NCBI RefSeq assembly: GCF_006345805.1
Contig: NC_042998.1
Span: 135,656,001 to 135,720,000, forward strand
Length of the DNA stretch: 64,000 bases
Reading direction: 5' to 3'
DNA from: Octopus sinensis
Taxonomy: Eukaryota
A program made the position numbers and the translations under genes. The notes below the pieces were generated by a model. The model did not search any database and was not told the origin of the DNA. It saw only the letters and a list, made by a program, of their open reading frames with translations. Shown here one piece after another: positions 1 through 12,405 of this stretch; within the stretch, counting starts at the first letter, position 1; each line of letters starts with the position of its first letter.

Positions 1-1364
1 AATTTTTAAAATGTGTGATTGTCTCACCTGGTTACAAGAAAAAAAAATCCTAGTTTTTCCTGGTGGGAAATGTTTTAAGCAGTAAACGTTTTCGCTTTCC
101 ATAATGAATGGAACAATAGCGATGAACAATGCCTCACACGCTAAAGCAATATAGTTCACATGACTCATCATTGATTTTTTTCTTTTAAAAAAAGACGAGG
201 AAATAACTAATATATATGTCTGTTTAGAAATACAGGTAAACTGTCCATTATATTTATTTCGAAGCCACTAAGCCACAACCACTCCTATTTATCCTAACAT
301 ACATACGTACGTATATATATATATATATATGTATGTATATATGCATGTGTGCATGCTTATTGTTTTAACTCTTCGCTGCAATCCATGCTTTGTATAACTG
401 ATTCATCTATCTTTAAATGTGTTGTGAATCCTTGTAACAACGCATGACGTTAAAAAAAACTCTATTAAAAGCAGTTTCTGTCGTGGCTTCATCTTTTATC
501 GCTTTGGCTCGTAAGACATAAAAACATTTCTGATCCGGCTTGTCCTATTTAAAAGTTTACTGACCTTTCATTTACAGTATTTGGACTCTGTTTGTTATGG
601 CTTAAGGCCATGCTAGAGCACCGCCTTAATTTGGATGAACAAAGTAAAGCGTATCTAATACATGCAGTTGGAATTTATTCATTCATTTGGAGCTGATAAT
701 TCATTGTTACTACTCTGAGTTTCTCGCATTACTCGAAACAGTTACAGTGAATCAACTAAGAACGAATGTGTTATACATTTCATGCTTAATTTTGATACTA
801 TTTAGTTCTCCATGTGTCCGACAGTAATAAAGCGGTTTCCACTAATCCTTGCGTGGGTGATTGGTTAACTGACACAACTGCTAAAGAGAAGCAAATGATT
901 GTGGAAGTTAGAGAAAATACTCCAGACGTATTAAAGCTATACATCTCTCCCTTCTCCCCCTCTTTCCTTCGCACCCCTTTTACCCGAAGATAAATTTTTG
1001 AGATATGTTAGTTACGTCAGAAGAATTTTAGGTATCCCACGCACGCTCGTACGCTAACGTTTCATCGTTTGTCTGGGTTTGTAATGTTGGTAGGAGATGC
1101 TCAGACTGCCAGTAAAGTCTGAATGTATTTTTAAAACTAGGTTTTACATCTTATTTTGTATTCAGTGGTCAAATTTTTTGCTCACACATAATCTCAATGA
1201 TGCACACATTTTAAATGCAAATAACTAGGGCTTCCACAAACACATTTATTATAGAACACCTCTGAATACATCGAACATACATATTTTGTCATGATGGAAA
1301 CTCAGATGAAACAAGTGTTCAACAAACTTGTTTCGTAAAGTGTATATTTTTACCTATTGTTTCA

Positions 1365-1660
1365 TTCATTCTTGGAACTGCAGTCGTGCAGGAGACCTGC
1401 CTTAAATAGTTTAGTAGAACAAATGAACCCCAGTTCTGCTTTTTAAGTTTATTCTATCCGTTCGCTTTTACTGAATCGCTAAGTAATGGGACATACCAAC
1501 GGTGTTGGCGTACATACAATCATGACAGGCTATCATACAGTTTGTCTATCAAATCCGTTCACAAGGCATTAGTCGGTCTAATGCTATAATAGAGGACATT
1601 TACCCGAGGTGCTGCGCTGCATGACTGAACCCAAAACACGTGCAGTTTCTTAACCATCAA
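1365..1660 (-). mobile_element. Decayed tRNA-derived SINE
   Basis: Similar to the SINE copies at 30201-30583 and 33368-33765 (aaatcc..cacaaggc..ggtcgg..gctata..gaaccc). Confidence 0.65.
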
Positions 1661-2670
1661 GAAATTATGAAATAACGGGCTAACATTTTTTTTTTCATTC
1701 TTCCTTAATGTATAACATCCAGTTACTCTATTTGTAGCATGGAAGGTTATTAATCAATAAAGACCTCCTCTCTCTTTCTCTCATTGTTCCTTTTTTCTAT
1801 CTCCCTCGCTGACAGTTTTCTCCATTCATTTGTTGTTGTTCCCAACCCATCCTATATAATTAGTGATTGTCACGTAACGAAGTTACAATGACTAGACAAC
1901 TTCAAAGCTATAATTTATCCATGCTGGTCTGAACAAGCTTCTGTTTCTTTTTCTCTCGCTCCTCTTTATTCATTTTTCTTTTTCCTGGTCAATGTCAAGG
2001 GATTGTTTTCTTAGTTGTTGCTAAGTTTTCCTGGATGTTATGGGACATGCTTAACTTTCACTTCCATGACATAAATTGGGGCTACTTGTAAGGAGTAAAA
2101 TTTGCGGTTAGTACCTCGCATGTCAATCAATGCAACAGCAAACATTGACGTCATATCGTTCTCTCTCTCTCTCTCTATTACTCTCCTTTTTACAAACAGT
2201 ATATATTCCGTTCATTTTGCTGTAAGTGTATGCAAATTTAAGAAAATGTTTATGCACCTCTTTCGAAAACAAAAGAAGTAAAAAAAAAAAAACATGTTAA
2301 AAAACAAACAATTGTTTTAAGAAAATGTAAGAATAACTTCACAAATAAACCCAAACAAACGCGAAAAACTGTTTATTTCGTTCATAGTTCCACCTACATA
2401 CAAATAGTTGGGTATATCCACCCAAGTATTGGGCATCTTGCCATTTTTCTGGAGATTTTCTAACCGCAAGCTTTAGATTTCAGTGTTGGAAGGGGAAAGA
2501 AGTCGCTCAACTGTTCTCATTACCAGAACGTAAATTTTCTTAATTTTTGCACCTGCTATATTTTCCTACGAATGTAAATCCACCCATTTATATTTTATAT
2601 TTAACTTTGAAACTTCCTCACAGCAACTTTCGTTTACAAATTTACCTGTATTTTTGTTTATTGACTGTAA

Positions 2671-2692
2671 ATGGAGAAGATTATGAGAAGCC
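2671..2692 (+). CDS. MPP6: MPP6-like coding exon 1 (MEKIMRS-P)
   Basis: ATG at 2671, donor C|GTAAGA in phase 1, which matches the phase-1 acceptor at 2761 across a 68-nt intron. Alternative upstream first exons cannot be excluded. Confidence 0.65.
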
Positions 2693-2760
2693 GTAAGAGA
2701 TCATTACCTGTGTAACTGGAACCATCTCGTTTTTTCTTCTTCATTCTTTTGATTATTTAG

Positions 2761-2882
2761 CGGCCTTTAAGCAAGTTGTAAATAACTTGGACGATTTGGA
2801 AGAGTCAGCAGGGGCAGATGAAAGGGACATAGACTTTTTGAAAAATTTTCTGCTTGATGAAAAAATACAAAATTTAGTATTG
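2761..2882 (+). CDS. MPP6: MPP6-like exon 2, first L27 domain
   Basis: ttatttag|..|gtaagt; AFKQVVNNLDDLEESAGADERDIDFLKNFLLDEKIQNLVL resembles the N-terminal L27 of MPP6 (QQVLENL..GAEEIDLIFLK). Confidence 0.9.
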
Positions 2883-3699
2883 GTAAGTTAATTTTTTTTT
2901 CACCCCTTTTTCTCTTTTCTTTGGCTTTCAAGTTTTGTACAGATAAAAAAAAAAAAAAATGACATTCCAATTTCACCCTATTTCATTAATAAATCTTTAA
3001 AACTTTAAAATGAAAGAAAAAAAATACTCGTATGAAATACTAGGCGTATACACTATCGACTTTATCTATTTTTCTAATTATTATTTCCGCATATTTCTCA
3101 ACGTCTCTATTATATATAATCGTCTAACTACCCACACATTGTTACTGTAAATTATGTTGCATTATTTTATTAGGTCGTCTTCATCCGTTCACTTAACTGT
3201 TTTTGTTTGTTTTTTTTAATGTTGTATTCAAATTTCCAAAGATTTCAAGGAAATCTTATCATTCACTCACCTAGTATATCACACACTCTCAAACATTTGT
3301 ATCCGTGTGTGTTTGTGCGTATCATTACTAGTAGTTATTTTATCACAAGCAAAACCGGACCATGATACTATTCTAGTGCAAGAACACATACACACCTTAT
3401 CCGGAGGAACAACACTCGTATAATCTGGTCGTTGAAAGACAACATCCATCAAATCAACTCACGATCACATACACATTGATAACGGGATATAGTGCTGCAC
3501 AGTAAACCGCAATTAATCTTAGCGAAATATTATTCACACCAAAAGTACTTAGCAAATGTTAATATAAATAACATTGTTGCGACTGCATTGTCTATACAGT
3601 TAAAATAAGCTGAAAAAGTTTACAAATATACGTGCATTATAAAGAATACATGTGCGTGTGTGTGTGTGATCGAGTGGCTAGTGTCTTTCTACAGTTAAA

Positions 3700-3830
3700 A
3701 GTGCATGAAATATCGCCGGAGGTTAAGAATACGTACACCACCCGTTTTCAGCGTTACGTCTCTAACCCCTAACCCTAAACACCGCGTGTACGTATTCTTT
3801 ACTTTCGCCGAAATATCTTGGGTCGGCTTA
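3700..3830. repeat. Small CpG-rich inverted-repeat element with a ccctaaccctaa motif
   Basis: taagaatacgtacac (~3724) pairs with gtgtacgtattctta (~3786); the loop contains ctaacccctaaccctaa. Confidence 0.55.
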
Positions 3831-3833
3831 AGA

Positions 3834-4182
3834 TGGTGCATTGGTAGAATCGTTAAAGCCTCAAGATAAAAATGCTTTGCGGTATTTCTTCTACTCACTA
3901 CGATCCGAGTTCAAATCCCATCGAGATCAACTTTGTTGTTCATCCCTTCGGGGTAGAGTCAATAAAATAGGGTACCAGTCGAGTAAGGAGTCGATGGCAT
4001 CGACTCAGTTCCATCCTTCAAAAATGCTGGGCCTTGTATCCAAAAGTAGAAATCATTATCTTGAGTCAACCATACCAGTGATTGTTTTAGTACAGTTGTT
4101 TGAAAATACATTTGAACAACAAAACTTCCGATCAAAGCTCCAGCATGGCCGCAGTCAAATGACTGAAACAAGTACAAGAATA
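3834..4182 (+). mobile_element. Decayed tRNA-derived SINE(s)
   Basis: The head resembles the SINE at 41890 (ggtagaatcgttaaagc..gagttcaaatc). The tail ccagcatggccgcagtcaaatgactgaaacaagta is shared with other copies. Confidence 0.7.
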
Positions 4183-5864
4183 TATATAATCTTAATACAT
4201 TCCTCCATATATCCTATTTTTTATTATTAATGTTGTATTAAAGTCACAACTCGATGATGTACGGATCTTATGACTATACAATGAGCCTATATACTTATAA
4301 GGCCACACTTTTTTCATTGTATGAAAATATACGTTTAGACTTAGATTTCATCCAGTATTGGCCCAGACCATGCCTGTCTTGAATATCATTAACTGACAGA
4401 GTATTTTAATAGTCCACTCAATTTGAGAAAGTTGGCTATAGCAAAGTCGTGTATCACTGAATGATTGGTATTTCGCGGGGGCATTTGTCCATTTCCTTCT
4501 AGTAAAGTACCAGTTGTTAGCTACATGCTAGTATGTGGTCATTATTACGTTAACGATCTTTGAAATGTGGAAGGCTAGATGATTCTGTATTATATTGAAT
4601 TGAATTTGTAGAAGTGTGTGCAAAAGGACCAATTGCCCTCTTGGGCTCTTGCTTCAATCCTTTTGCTTGAGGCAAATTTGATTTTTTATTAGTATCTAAC
4701 ATGTTTCTTTTTAATTTGTTACATATTAACCTAAGCTTTTTTTTTTGATAATCCTGCCACTAACTTCTCAGTTCTTTGTTTGTATTTTAACCTAATATAT
4801 GTATTTGCGTATAATTTCCATGAAGCAGTTATGGGCATTTAGATCTATCTATAAAAATGGGCAGGCCTTTTGGCTTTTATCCTTTCTCATATATAAACTT
4901 GTCAATTCCACTTGAACGGTTTTCGATAGGTAAATTTGATTAGCTGTGTATGACGGTCCCACCAGAACAGAAGTGCTCTTCACCACCTTCTCCATAAGGT
5001 CTAAATCTGGCCTTTTAGCACAAAGTTTCAGATTCTATCGTTCGTGGAGTATGGGATCCTCAAACCTACAACCAGTAAGCTACAAAAAGCAAACAAAAAA
5101 AACCTGGAGTTCACCTTTATTGAATGTAGATGGCTTTTAGCTCCAAACAAGATTAATTATAATCAAAAGCATTCCATCTGAGATAATCTCGTTCTTTTTT
5201 ATATAGGGACCATATCTAATAGGGACTTAATGTTATAGGTTGTGGTTTTGGGGAGATTTGGTAGTTGTTTCTAGTATATTGTCAACGTGAAAGCTGTCCG
5301 AGTTGCGTGTGTTGTTTGGCTACTATTTCTAGCATATCGTACTTCCTCTTTTGTTCTCGCTTGACTATATACAAGTTGTTGTTTAACCCGAGGTCAGTCA
5401 TATATGAGTAAACCTATGATCAAACGCATTCTAACCCTGAATATCCCTGTATTTTCAAATAGTGTTTATCTTAGATTTACTGTATACAATATGTTCTTTA
5501 CTTAAAATAAAATGCACACGGTAGGATGTAACTTGAGAGACTTCGCTGCAATTTCTAGTTGGTAGAGCTTGCTGGAGGTTGATAGCATAAACAATTGCCT
5601 CCTCATATTGTTGAAAACAAAGTCAGTTTTCGATTGTACAACGAGCCACTTTCAATTTGTTACATTTTAGAATTCATTTTTGAAGCCTCACGCTTACAAC
5701 CAGTTTGTTTTGTATAAAAGAGGATGGCAATTGTGGCAATTATTCTTATGTTATTTTATATATTTGTGTGATAATTTTCTTGTTGAATTAGGTTTTATTT
5801 TGTTATTGTTGCATTTTTTAAAGACTGCTGGATGCGATTGTAATAGATTGGTTAGAAATTTTGC

Positions 5865-6140
5865 TGTCTGTCGATGTCTAGGAACTAAGTCGAAGCCCAC
5901 AAGATTATCCACCGTTTTTCCACCAACAACTATGGTCACCTTTTTAAATTCAATATCTCCATCCCTCGTGGTTAAACCATATAAAACTCGCAAAATAGCA
6001 CTGTACCCATGACTTTCGGAAACAGTGTAACGCTCAGAAATGTTGCAGCAAGGAATAAACTATCCACGTCAATTTTTACTTGTCAAAAGAACACTGCATC
6101 CTTAAAAAGTTCCATGCTTCCTGAAATGCGCCAACGCTAC
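5865..6140 (+). mobile_element. Old CR1/L2-like LINE 3' fragment
   Basis: Its reverse complement aligns by eye with the 3' end of the LINE at 24.1-24.3 kb (e.g. tgtttccgaaagtcatggg, gcatg..ttaa.g.tgcagtgt). Confidence 0.7.
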
Positions 6141-7984
6141 TACTGACATTCCTTTGCACCCTTTCCTCTCTCCAGTTCTTTTTACTGTTCGTTGTTCTGT
6201 CTTGTATTTTATTGTGCATGTACTATTGGATGTCATTATCATCTTTCTTTACTTGACGTATTGTTGTTTTCTGTCCTCTCTTTTACCCTTTTCCGATCAG
6301 TTGTGCATTTGAGCACTGAATAAAATAAGCTCATAATAATTTTTTTTTATTTATAAAATTTCGCTAGGGTTTCTAGCAAATCGAGCTAGAGGGTTCATCA
6401 AGTTAAATTACAGCACAAACTAATTCAACAACAAAATAAACAAAAATGCACGATAACAATAAAAAAAGAAGTAATTATTAATTGCATCCAAAACTATCTT
6501 GTAACAAGCAAGCTGACTGCAAGCACAGCTTCCTAAAAAATCGTTTCCTAGTTACCAAACTGATTAAATTTGTGAAAGTGACACGCTAAGCTCAAAGATC
6601 ACCCTGACAAAATATAACTCGTTGAAATGTTTATCATGCCTTTGTTAATGGTGTTTGTTATCAGCACAGACCAAAAGATAACTTAGAAATGTGAGCTTTA
6701 AAAGAAGATCCGAAGAATGTATTAAGAACCATAATTATGATAGCGTATTAGTTACAGGAATACTTTATAATTTTCTTAGTTTTTGAAACTAAATAGTTTC
6801 TCTTATAAAATTCATTATCATTAAAATAATTGTTTCTATCGTTTAATGTTTTCCTAAACCAGTTATGTTCGCTATACAATATGGCATAGTTGCTTTTAAG
6901 TTAGAAAATTAACAAAATATTAAATGTTTTGAAATAAAAAAGGAAAATAATCATCAATTTGACAATTCATCAAATAGCTTTTATTAAATTTTCTTCTAAT
7001 CGTATATAGCTAAAAGCAACGGTTTGTTTTAACAATTGCTAATGTAGTTTCTGTATATATTATTGTTGTTGTTCCTGTTGTACTGTTCTGATGAAGCTGG
7101 CTGTGGTAGAGCATAATCAGTGAAATTTGAATTAAACATCTTACTATATTTAATTACACTCTTTAACTTTGTAAGTTCTAATTTTCATCTTTCATTTCTG
7201 GAGGCTTGATAAAATAAGTAAATATAATGTAGAGAGAGATAGAGCAATTCAATAATTCACTCTCTCAAACATAAATATCTCTTGTACCAATGTGAAAAAT
7301 CTAATTGAAATTATATTAAAAATATTTCCTTGTTTCGAAAACTCAGTTTTAACTTGATTCTGTTAAAACACTTCTGTTAACATTTTCTTATTTTATAGTA
7401 ACTATTTTCTCTTTTGTGTTATCATACCTAGTATATTTCTAATTTAGGATACTTCTAATTTTATGCCATGGAGCAAAAAATCCTAATTAACACTTTCAAT
7501 TCCTGGTGGAATTTATTCCACATCCTTCTTGCTATTTAATGTCTTTGGAAGAAACACGAACATTATGCAGTTCTTCTTTAACAAAATTGTAAGCTTCTGC
7601 CAAATTTTTCTTACAAGTAATCTAGCTAATTTTAATTAACTTGCTGGTTGTAGATAAACATGGGGATTTCTAAGGCTTAGTAGATAGAGAATTTTGATCT
7701 CTCAATCATAAGATCATAAGGCTGACTGACTGTAAATAAAATGAGGGTTCATGTGGCCTAGTGGTCAGAAAATTGAGCTCTCAATCACAAGATTCTTAGT
7801 TTAATTTTAAACCTGGGTGGTGAAAGGCATTTCGTTTGCATTGCTTCAGTCTTATTCAAGTATCAGCCGGTTACTGGTGCAGCCTACTCTCCCTCAAGCT
7901 TTGACATCCTTGATGCTCTATTGGATCAATGATGAGAGATCTGAGAGGGTGTTTATATCTGTTGAAAGCCACATTAGGCACTTA

Positions 7985-8358
7985 AGCACAGGAGTGGCTG
8001 TGTGACAAGTAGCTTGGCTCTAGGTTAAGTTCAACTGTGTGGCACCTTGGGCAAGTATTTCCTACTATAGCTGCGGGCCGACCAAAGCCTTGTGAGTGGA
8101 TTTGGTAGATGGAAACTGAAAGAAGCCCGTCGTATATATGTATATCTTTGTGTGTCTGTGTTTGTTCCCCACCCCCAACACCACCGCAATCGCTTGACAA
8201 TGCTGACGTGTGTACATCCCTGTAACATAGCAGTTCGGCCAGAGAGACCGATAGAATAAGTACTGGGTTTACAAAGAATGTCTTGGGGTCGATTTGTTCA
8301 ACTAAAGGTGGTGTTCCAGTATGGCCACAGTCAAATGACTAAAACAAATAAAAAGAGA
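7985..8358 (+). mobile_element. tRNA-derived SINE, near full length
   Basis: gcacaggagtggctgtg head; core ggcaccttgggcaagt..ggccgaccaaagccttgtgagtggatttggtaga; tail atgactaaaacaaataaaaga. Confidence 0.8.
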
Positions 8359-9519
8359 ATGTTGCCAAATCATACTTGCATGTGAGTGATAACTACATCT
8401 GTGCTACCTGCTTTTGTTTGTGTGTGTGATACCAATTGCTCACTCTGGTGTAGATTTATATGAATCTGTTTTTATAAAGAGAGCAACCTAACCATTCTAA
8501 TACAATGAAGATAATTCCTTAACCCCCAACTTTATAGTTCACAAATTATGGCATTTCATCATATTGCATATAGTTCTTACAACCATAAGACAGTAGGGTA
8601 CTGAGAATTGCTCATAAAAAGAAAGCTTATATTTGTTTGTAACAGTAATTTGAAATCAAACCCATAAAACTGGAATTTCTCTTAGAATTATTTAAATCAT
8701 CTGGTACATCATTCCAGCATTATTAGTAGCAGCCTTATTGTAATCTAATCTGCTAAATTTTTACCTACTGGTTAATTTCTTTTGTAAAGCTGTTTGAAAT
8801 ACCTGTGGGTAAACTAGATTTCAATCTGAATCAGTAGGTAGACAATTTCTATACAAAAGAAATTATATTATTCACTTGATGTGGTGGTCTGATCTAAACA
8901 ATAGGCTGTTCCAATAAATTTTATACAAGAAAGAAACAATTAACTTTGGCTTTTCTAGAGGCACTTTTTATATGCCTTATCATTGCTTATCACTTGAAAG
9001 TCAGTTTTATTACACAGGCCAGAGTGATTAATGTAGATATTATCCCACCACCCCTGGACTTGAATTTTAACTGTTATCTTCCACTAAGCATTTTTGTTTG
9101 TCACCATTGAGAATTGTTTAGTATACGGATATGTTGTCAACTACTACTTTTCCTATCTAGTTTTATGTTGATTTTGTGTGATATGGGTGTAGAAATGTTG
9201 ACTGATTTAACAACTTAACTTTTCCAATCAAACTGCAAGGAACTCATATGAAGACAAAACACGAAAGCTTTAATAAAAAGACAGATCTAGATCAGTTGGT
9301 TGTGCATATATATAAATGTGTCTACTTCAAGCGTTACTTACTGGAAAATTGGATCTCCCCGCTTGCTACTTAGTCATCTTTAGGGTGGGGGGTCTATGAG
9401 TTTTCTTCTGGTTCAGGGGGAATAACCCGTCCTTTTTTTTTTTTTTTTTTAACACGTATTTCTCGTTTTCCGAGCGTTTCCTCACGTCCGCGACGTAGAT
9501 ATTTTAAAATTGTCTTTTT

Positions 9520-9584
9520 AAATAGTCTGACGAGCTGTCCACAAGGTTTTGCCTTTGTGGATGTGAAACCTTGGGCAACTCTTT
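9520..9584 (+). ncRNA. Degenerate type I minimal hammerhead ribozyme motif (Penelope type)
   Basis: CUGACGA at 9527-9533, stem II, GAAA at 9565-9568, short stem III, and stem I aaauagu/acucuuu. The cleavage triplet reads GCA instead of GUH. Confidence 0.6.
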
Positions 9585-9631
9585 GTCCAAGATATAAAAT
9601 TTTGTTTTAATAATTAGTACTCTATTCTTTA

Positions 9632-9973
9632 TGTGAAGGCGCATGGCTCAGTGGTTAGAGCGTCGAGCTTACGATCGTGAGGTTGTGAGCTCGAATCCCA
9701 GACCTGGCTGCGTGTTGTGTTCTTGAGCAAGACACTTTATTTCACGTTGCTTCAGTTCACTCAGCTGTAGAAATGAGTTGTGACGTCACAGGTGCCATGC
9801 TGTATCAGCCTTTGCCTTTCCCTTGGACAACGTCAGTGACGTGGAGAAGGGAGGCTGGTATGCATGGGTGACTGCTGGTCTTCCATAAACAACTTTGCCC
9901 GGACTTGTGCCTGGGAGGGTAACTTTCTAGTTGCAATCCCATGGTCTTGTGTCGTGACTGAAGGGGGTCTCAG
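9632..9973 (+). mobile_element. tRNA-derived SINE with 13-bp TSD, inserted in the Penelope-like element
   Basis: A box tggctcagtgg and B-box-like gctcgaatcc; TSD actctattcttta at 9619-9631 and 9974-9986. Confidence 0.9.
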
Positions 9974-11235
9974 ACTCTATTCTTTAGAGTGTGCTTCTTT
10001 CTGATATATGATTTTTTTTTATCAACTATCTATCCGTCTTACGAAGTCCGCTACATTGTCTACTTTTGATTACTGTACCGATCCCTGTGCTTCTACATAT
10101 TACCAGTTGCTACCTTAAGGATAACAGGGAACGTTTCGATTTAGGGTATTCTGCAAAATATGTCCCTATACCTTCTAATGAGGTCTACACAAAAATGTTA
10201 CTGGAGAAAATGATAGACTTTACAAGGTGCATGAGATGGAAAGCATTTTTCTGTGATCAAAGCACACCTTCATCTGAGGCCAATACATATGGTATCAAGT
10301 CTAGGAAGTTCCCACTTAGAATCAAAGAACTCTAGGCCTTCAAAGCGGACCTACTGAGCATAATACCCAAACCAAAATTCCATAAGTCCTTTTCCCCCTT
10401 TCAAAGCAAACTCCGTGAAGATACACAAAAAGTAAGAAACCTGCCACCACCCTATAATTTTCAAGAACCTAGTGAAAGGTGTGAGCAAGAAGATCTTGAA
10501 TCTATCCTCAAGCCAAGATATCTTCAATGCCGCTGCCCCTACTACAATGAGGTACTTTAAGGACCGCATCTCCTACATGCCTGGCCCTAGCACCTGGAAA
10601 AGGAAGCACCACAGAGATGTCATTCAGTTTGCTCCATTTTTCTCACTCAATGTTAAGACTTGTGTGGGAAAGATTTTCCTTAGATTGATAGACAAACATT
10701 TCACACACACATGCTGATACAGGCATTTATTTAAGACACAACCTCAGTCTCCTTTAACTGTGCACCTAACATAAAAAGCATTTTAACAAATACCCACAAT
10801 ACAAGAGAGGAGGCAGGTTGCTCTTGCAGTGTGCATACAATAAATGTCCAGTAGGAGGCCATTGCGAGATTGATGGAGTCTTCTATGAGGCTATGGTGAT
10901 ACCTAAACTGGCTATCTTTTTTAAGACTGGTACTTATTCTATCATTCACTGAACTAAGTTATGGGGATTGAAACAAACCAACACCAGTTGTCTAGCAGTG
11001 GCAGGGGTAGCAGAGACAAGCACACACACAACAGGCATCCGTATAGTTTTCATCTACCAAATTCACAAGGCATTGGTGGTCTTGGGGCTTTAGTAGAAGA
11101 CATTTACTCAAGGTGCTGTGCAGTTGGGTTGAACCCAAAACCATGTGGTTCCTATGCAAGTTTTTTAACCAACAGCCATGTCTGCATCTAGTAGTGTATA
11201 ATTTGAGAAAAATTTATATCTGGATGAGCAACTAC

Positions 11236-11510
11236 CATAAAGGCTCCTTTGGCTCAGTTCTGTAATGAATGTTCTTCTTGATATCATATAGTTGAAATAT
11301 CTTTGTCTCCATTTCCAACACAGGACATTTTCCTCAATTACTGATTTCTGGAGGAAAAGTACGAAGTGGAGTAAATCTGGAATTGAAACCTGTTTGTTAA
11401 CTTGGTTCATATATCTCACCGGGAGACCAGGAGCTTTGCACTTGCTGATAGTGCTTATACTTTTTATGTGAAGCATTGCAATCCAAACTGGTTTTGTTGG
11501 GCGAGGGAAT
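11236..11510 (-). pseudogene. Exon-like segment with an RGS-domain-like motif, antisense in MAGUK intron 2
   Basis: ttttaatttctacag| 275-nt open frame |gtagtt; ..IPDLLHFVLFLQKSVIEENVLCWKWRQRY resembles the RGS helix motif FxxFLxxExxEENLxFW. Confidence 0.4.
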
Positions 11511-12405
11511 CTGTAGAAATTAAAACTAATCAAAATGATAATTAATGAAGGTAATAAAATGAATAATTAAATGAAATTCAATATAAAATTTATATATTTT
11601 TCTGTTATCTTCCATAAAGCACAAAAATCTTAGTTGTAACTGTTTTAGGTGGATGAATTCTACATTTACTTAATAGTACTCTATCCATTATTGAAGCTCC
11701 AATGAAGCTATGTTATCCAAGCTAATGACGTTCATAACATAATTTCTTGTTTCTTTGTCATTTATTTAATTTTTATTATGCTCTATACTTGACTAATGTT
11801 TATTTCTGAGGCATATGTATACTGAGTTCTAACACCAAGTTATTAGTATCATTATGTCTAAATGAAATATTAGAAAATACATGTATATAATTATAATCCT
11901 TTTTTTTAACATCCATGTTCCATGCTGGCATGGGTTGGATGGTTTGAGAGAATGTGACCGGTCTGAGGACTGCATTGTGTTCCAGCATTTGCTTTGGCAT
12001 GGTTTCTATGGCTTAATACCCTACCTAATGTCAGCCACTCTACAGAGTGTACTGCATGCTTTACTTCAGCGGTAACCATTTAACTTGTGAGATTGATTTC
12101 CTTCAACTTAAAATGTGAAAGAAGGGGTCAGAACAGGTTTCTTGCAGTAAAGATGCTATATGGCTACTCCCATTATAGAAGAGAAGGTGGGACAGTGGAG
12201 CTGGAAAGAGAAATCGTAGTAGTAGCGATGGCTGGAGTGAGAGAAGGTTGTGTTAGTAGCCTGGTTGGTATTCATTACAACTAAATAGACTAGAGAAAAG
12301 TGAAATGAATTATCTTGCTGAATGATACTATACACTGCCTGGTCCAGGAATTGAACCCACACCTTTGTTTGTGAACCAAACACCATAACCACTAGGACAC
12401 AAGCC

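Larger units (their letters stand above)
9320..10905 (+). mobile_element. Internally deleted Penelope-like retroelement (pLTR, RT N- and C-terminal pieces, start of GIY-YIG)
   Basis: Frameshifted peptides LGYSAKYVPIPS..RCMRWKAFF, RKHHRDVIQFAPFFSLNVKTCVGKIFLRLIDKHF and CSC..KCPVGGHCEIDGVFYEAMV match typical PLE motifs (YSxKNIP, RMRWKA, WFNPPFS..KTNIG, CxC..CP..G.C..VVY.A). A hammerhead-like core lies upstream at 9520-9584. Confidence 0.8.

Noticed and set aside
5751-5993. 80-aa minus-strand ORF that looks protein-like
   Set aside because: It is largely the antisense of a CR1/L2 3' fragment homologous to 24.1-24.3 kb.
9636-9710. tRNA gene
   Set aside because: A and B boxes are present, but the sequence continues into a SINE body flanked by a TSD; it is a tRNA-derived SINE head.
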